Assembly (NCBI RefSeq): GCF_006345805.1
Contig: NC_043004.1
Span: forward strand, 5,022,001 to 5,086,000
Reading direction: 5' to 3'
From: Octopus sinensis
Taxonomy: Eukaryota
Length of the DNA stretch: 64,000 nt
Shown: positions 60,861-64,000 of the stretch, one piece after another
Numbering within the stretch: position 1 is the stretch's first letter
Layout: each line of letters opens with the position of its first letter
The notes under the pieces: model-generated
The model's database searches: none
Told to the model about the DNA's origin: nothing
What the model saw: only the letters and a program-made list of their open reading frames with translations
Translations under genes and position numbers: made by a program

Positions 60861-63001
60861 CTACAACTATTCTCAATTTTTTTTCTCAATTATATTTTCC
60901 TATGGACCCCTTTCATACCCATTTTACTCAGGTCCCCCCCACACATACACACACAGCCAATCGATGTTTAAAATATCCTATCATATTTTTATAATTAAGT
61001 ATTAGGAATTCTATTAAAAGAAATTGTTAAAATATTTTGTGTAATGTAGATGTATAACCAATTTGTTACACATATATTTTAACAATATCTTACGTGGACC
61101 CCCCCAAGGGCCATACGAGCACCGGTTGAAAACCACTGTACTGGAGTAACATAGGTCTTACGAAAGGAAAGATTTATATTACTAGAACGTATGGAATAGG
61201 GGTTAACCAAGTCTCAAAAATAAGCGGGAACGTTTAGAACTAACTTATGAAAATGCTTTGGACAGGCAAAGGGTTAAAATTGACCATTAGCTACGCCAAA
61301 ACAAAAACGGTGTCTCCTCCACATGATCACTTAACTGCTAGAAATAGCAACCAATTCCTACTCAAGTTACACTACCATCTCGAGAAAGGAAAAGACAGAT
61401 AATGAATTCGTACAAAGCCCTGAAGAGAGGGTAAGGTCATGGTTGGAATGCCTTTGATCATAGGTCTGCTCAATCAGGTTTGACCTGGGACGAAATAAAC
61501 GATCACAAAGGAACCTGATTATCGTCGTTTTGACGTCCACTTTTCCATGCTTGCACGGGTCGGATGACGTTTTGTTGAAGCGGATTTTCTTACCCTTAAG
61601 CAAAATGATGTTTCTCGCATAGCCAGACATGTTTTCGCACAATAATGGAAATGAATCACAACTATATACAACAATCGTAAGATATCACGATAAGAAAAAG
61701 AAAAAGCACCACACGCACGTGCGTGCGAACGTGCACACATACATACTAACGAACTTCTTTCAGGCTCTATCTATCAAATCCACTCACAAGACTTGGTCGG
61801 CCCGTGGCTATTGTAAAAGACACTTGCCCCCAAGATTCCACGAAAAGGGACTGAACCCGAAACCATGTAGTCGGGAAGCAAACCTGATAACCACACAGTC
61901 ACGTCAGCTCCTGCTATGATTGGAACATAACTTAGATGATAAACGGTATCACCTTTGACCATTTTCAAGGCATCCAAGATTGATGAGAGGAAGGGAGGAA
62001 AGACAGATACAAAGGAATTGTCCCCCACACTGGATTCCGAGCTCGAAGTACGCTTGGCCTGCAACAGAGTGCTCTCCGCTGAAGGTTCCCTAAAGACTAG
62101 TTGTTTATTACATCTCTTGTCCCACTCTGGAGTTTAAATTTCGCTGATATTTACATTATATTTAAAGATGAATCGATTAGCTGTTATTATCTTCCAGCTT
62201 ATTTATTTTCGTAAAGAAAAAAAAAAGTAAATCAATACATGGGAGCAGTTTCCCATGGGGAAATTATTATCAACGATATCGCATTTACGTTTATTTTCTT
62301 TAAGAAAACTAGCCTGGACTGGTAAATATTGATTTTTCCCTTGGGCATAAACAAGGTTTAACATTTGTAAGTGGGACGAGTTGTTGCTTTATCGACCCTG
62401 GAAGGATTAAAGCTAAGCGGAAGAGTAGCGAGATTTGAATGCAGAAGTGAAAATGTCAACGAAAGAGTCATTAAATGTGGTTACACAGCATTTTTCGCCT
62501 ACTCGCTGTTTCATGGAAAACCTTACTTTAAATGATCGCTGCAATCTGTTAGAAATTACGACCTTATCTCTTTACAACCACGACCTTACTGTCTTAAAAT
62601 ACGGAAATGGTACTTTAGATAATATAGTTTCTACATTCTCCTGAAATATCATTGACCATAGCTTTATTTAATTAGGACTGAAACTCCGGGGAAAGATTTT
62701 GATTAATAACCAACGAACAAGTAGATAGATGGATAACCTTATCTATTAGGGGCATTTCGCCTTAATATGCCTTATATACTACATATTTAAAAAAATATGT
62801 CCAAGTATTTTCAGGTAAATTTAGATGGTCTAGAGAAGGCTACATTTCAAACAAGCTAAGTTGGACGTCATCTGAGACGTGTAATATAGGAAGTAAACTT
62901 AAAGTAGGTTACTCATAAAATAGATAAGATGCATACACACGTGCGCGCGAGCGCAATAGTTATATTTCTTCCAGAGTATGCTTTTCTCTTAAGACAACTG
63001 A

Positions 63002-63239
63002 CCGAAGGTTCTCAACCAAGGTCCATAGAAGATTTTGTTATTAAGCTTTAATATGCAATAAATTGGTTATACTTCTATAATACACAAAATATTTCAACAT
63101 GTTTTTTATACAATTCCTAATAATGCTTAATTATAAAAATACAATAGGATTTTTAAAACTTCTAATGGCTATAAGGATCCGTCTGAATAAAATAGGAATC
63201 AAAGGGGCTCCATAGATCAAAAACTGTGGAGAACCAATG
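63002..63239. mobile_element. hAT-like MITE, inverted copy
   Basis: Termini gaaggttctcaacc / ggagaaccaatg; internal homology to 506-761. Confidence 0.6.
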
Positions 63240-63439
63240 AACTAAAATATATCGGAGTTATATTCATTGTGTTTTATAAACGAGCCAGTAAAACAACAAT
63301 ATACTGTATGTGTATAAAATCGGTCGTTAGAGCGTGTGGTCCAATTTTAGTCTGAATTCGCTCTCAACGTTTTCTAACTAATTGCACAATATAAGTTGAA
63401 CGGGCAATAACGCAGAGAAGCTTCCGATATACTTAATAG

Positions 63440-63635
63440 TTTCAAATTTTGGCACAAAGCCAGCAGTTTTAAGGGCAGTCGATAAGTCGATTACATCGAC
63501 TCCAGAGATTCAAATGGCATTTAATTTACCGACCTCGAAAGGATGAAAGGCAAAGTCAACCTTGGTGGAATTTGAACAAAGAATGTTGCTAGACATTTTC
63601 CCACCTCGCTAATTGCGATTCTGCCAGCTCACTGC
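63440..63635 (-). mobile_element. Nin/Deu-core SINE
   Basis: Core ...cctcgaaaggatgaaaggcaaagtcaacc... Confidence 0.75.
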
Positions 63636-63873
63636 ATTCTACTTCCTGTATATTAAATACAAATGTAATAGGGACTCAAATATGTAACATAGTGAGTTAA
63701 ATAAACAACTTCCTATATTACATATCTCGACCTACCTCTTGGTTGTATTAAAAAAAAATCTACGCTCAAAAAACAAGGGAGATAATTTCAATAAAATCAG
63801 CAAATCGAAATATCTGAAGAATAATGATGATTCAATTAGGAGTGGATCTTCTCTTCAGAGACCAAATGGTAAA

Positions 63874-63920
63874 CAGCAACGGACATGTTTCGGTATTATT
63901 ATACCTCTTCAGTGATGTTG
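63874..63920 (-). ncRNA. Minimal type I hammerhead ribozyme (Penelope/retrozyme type), catalytic core intact
   Basis: Minus strand: caacatca CTGAAGA GGTAT-AATA-ATACC GAAA CATGT C cgttgctg. Canonical core, 5-bp stem II, palindromic ACATGT stem III, GUC site; stem I 5/8 paired. Confidence 0.8.
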
Positions 63921-64000
63921 ATTAAACTCAGTTGGCAAAACTCAGAAGTAATCAGTATATATTGAAATAAAGGGGATTAGTTTATAATGAGAATATTGTG

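Overview
AT-rich eukaryotic genomic DNA. The SINE/RTE/microsatellite content suggests an octopus or other coleoid cephalopod (inference). One host gene is present on the minus strand: a ZNF366/ZNF710-like C2H2 zinc-finger gene. It has a 3.57-kb exon (27434-23867; about 1000 aa low-complexity/polyQ N-terminus plus fingers 1-7a), a 22.8-kb phase-0 intron splitting finger 7, and a 235-bp exon (1097-863). The gene continues left of the window. Its probable promoter/non-coding first exon lies near 56.4 kb, where CpG decay in repeats abruptly stops. The rest is TE-dense intronic/intergenic DNA: 5'-truncated RTE LINEs and many RTE 3' tails, at least three tRNA-derived SINE families, Penelope and CR1 remnants, mariner and DD37D elements, hAT/pogo/piggyBac-like MITEs, Helitrons, a 1.7-kb purine-rich minisatellite and a ~770-bp tandem duplication. 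Most notable: three distinct minimal type I hammerhead-ribozyme motifs (63874-63920 with intact core, 3865-3931 inside an RTE 3' extension bounded by 67-bp direct repeats, 58631-58671), and a PHD-like C4HC3 finger embedded in the RTE reverse-transcriptase ORF.
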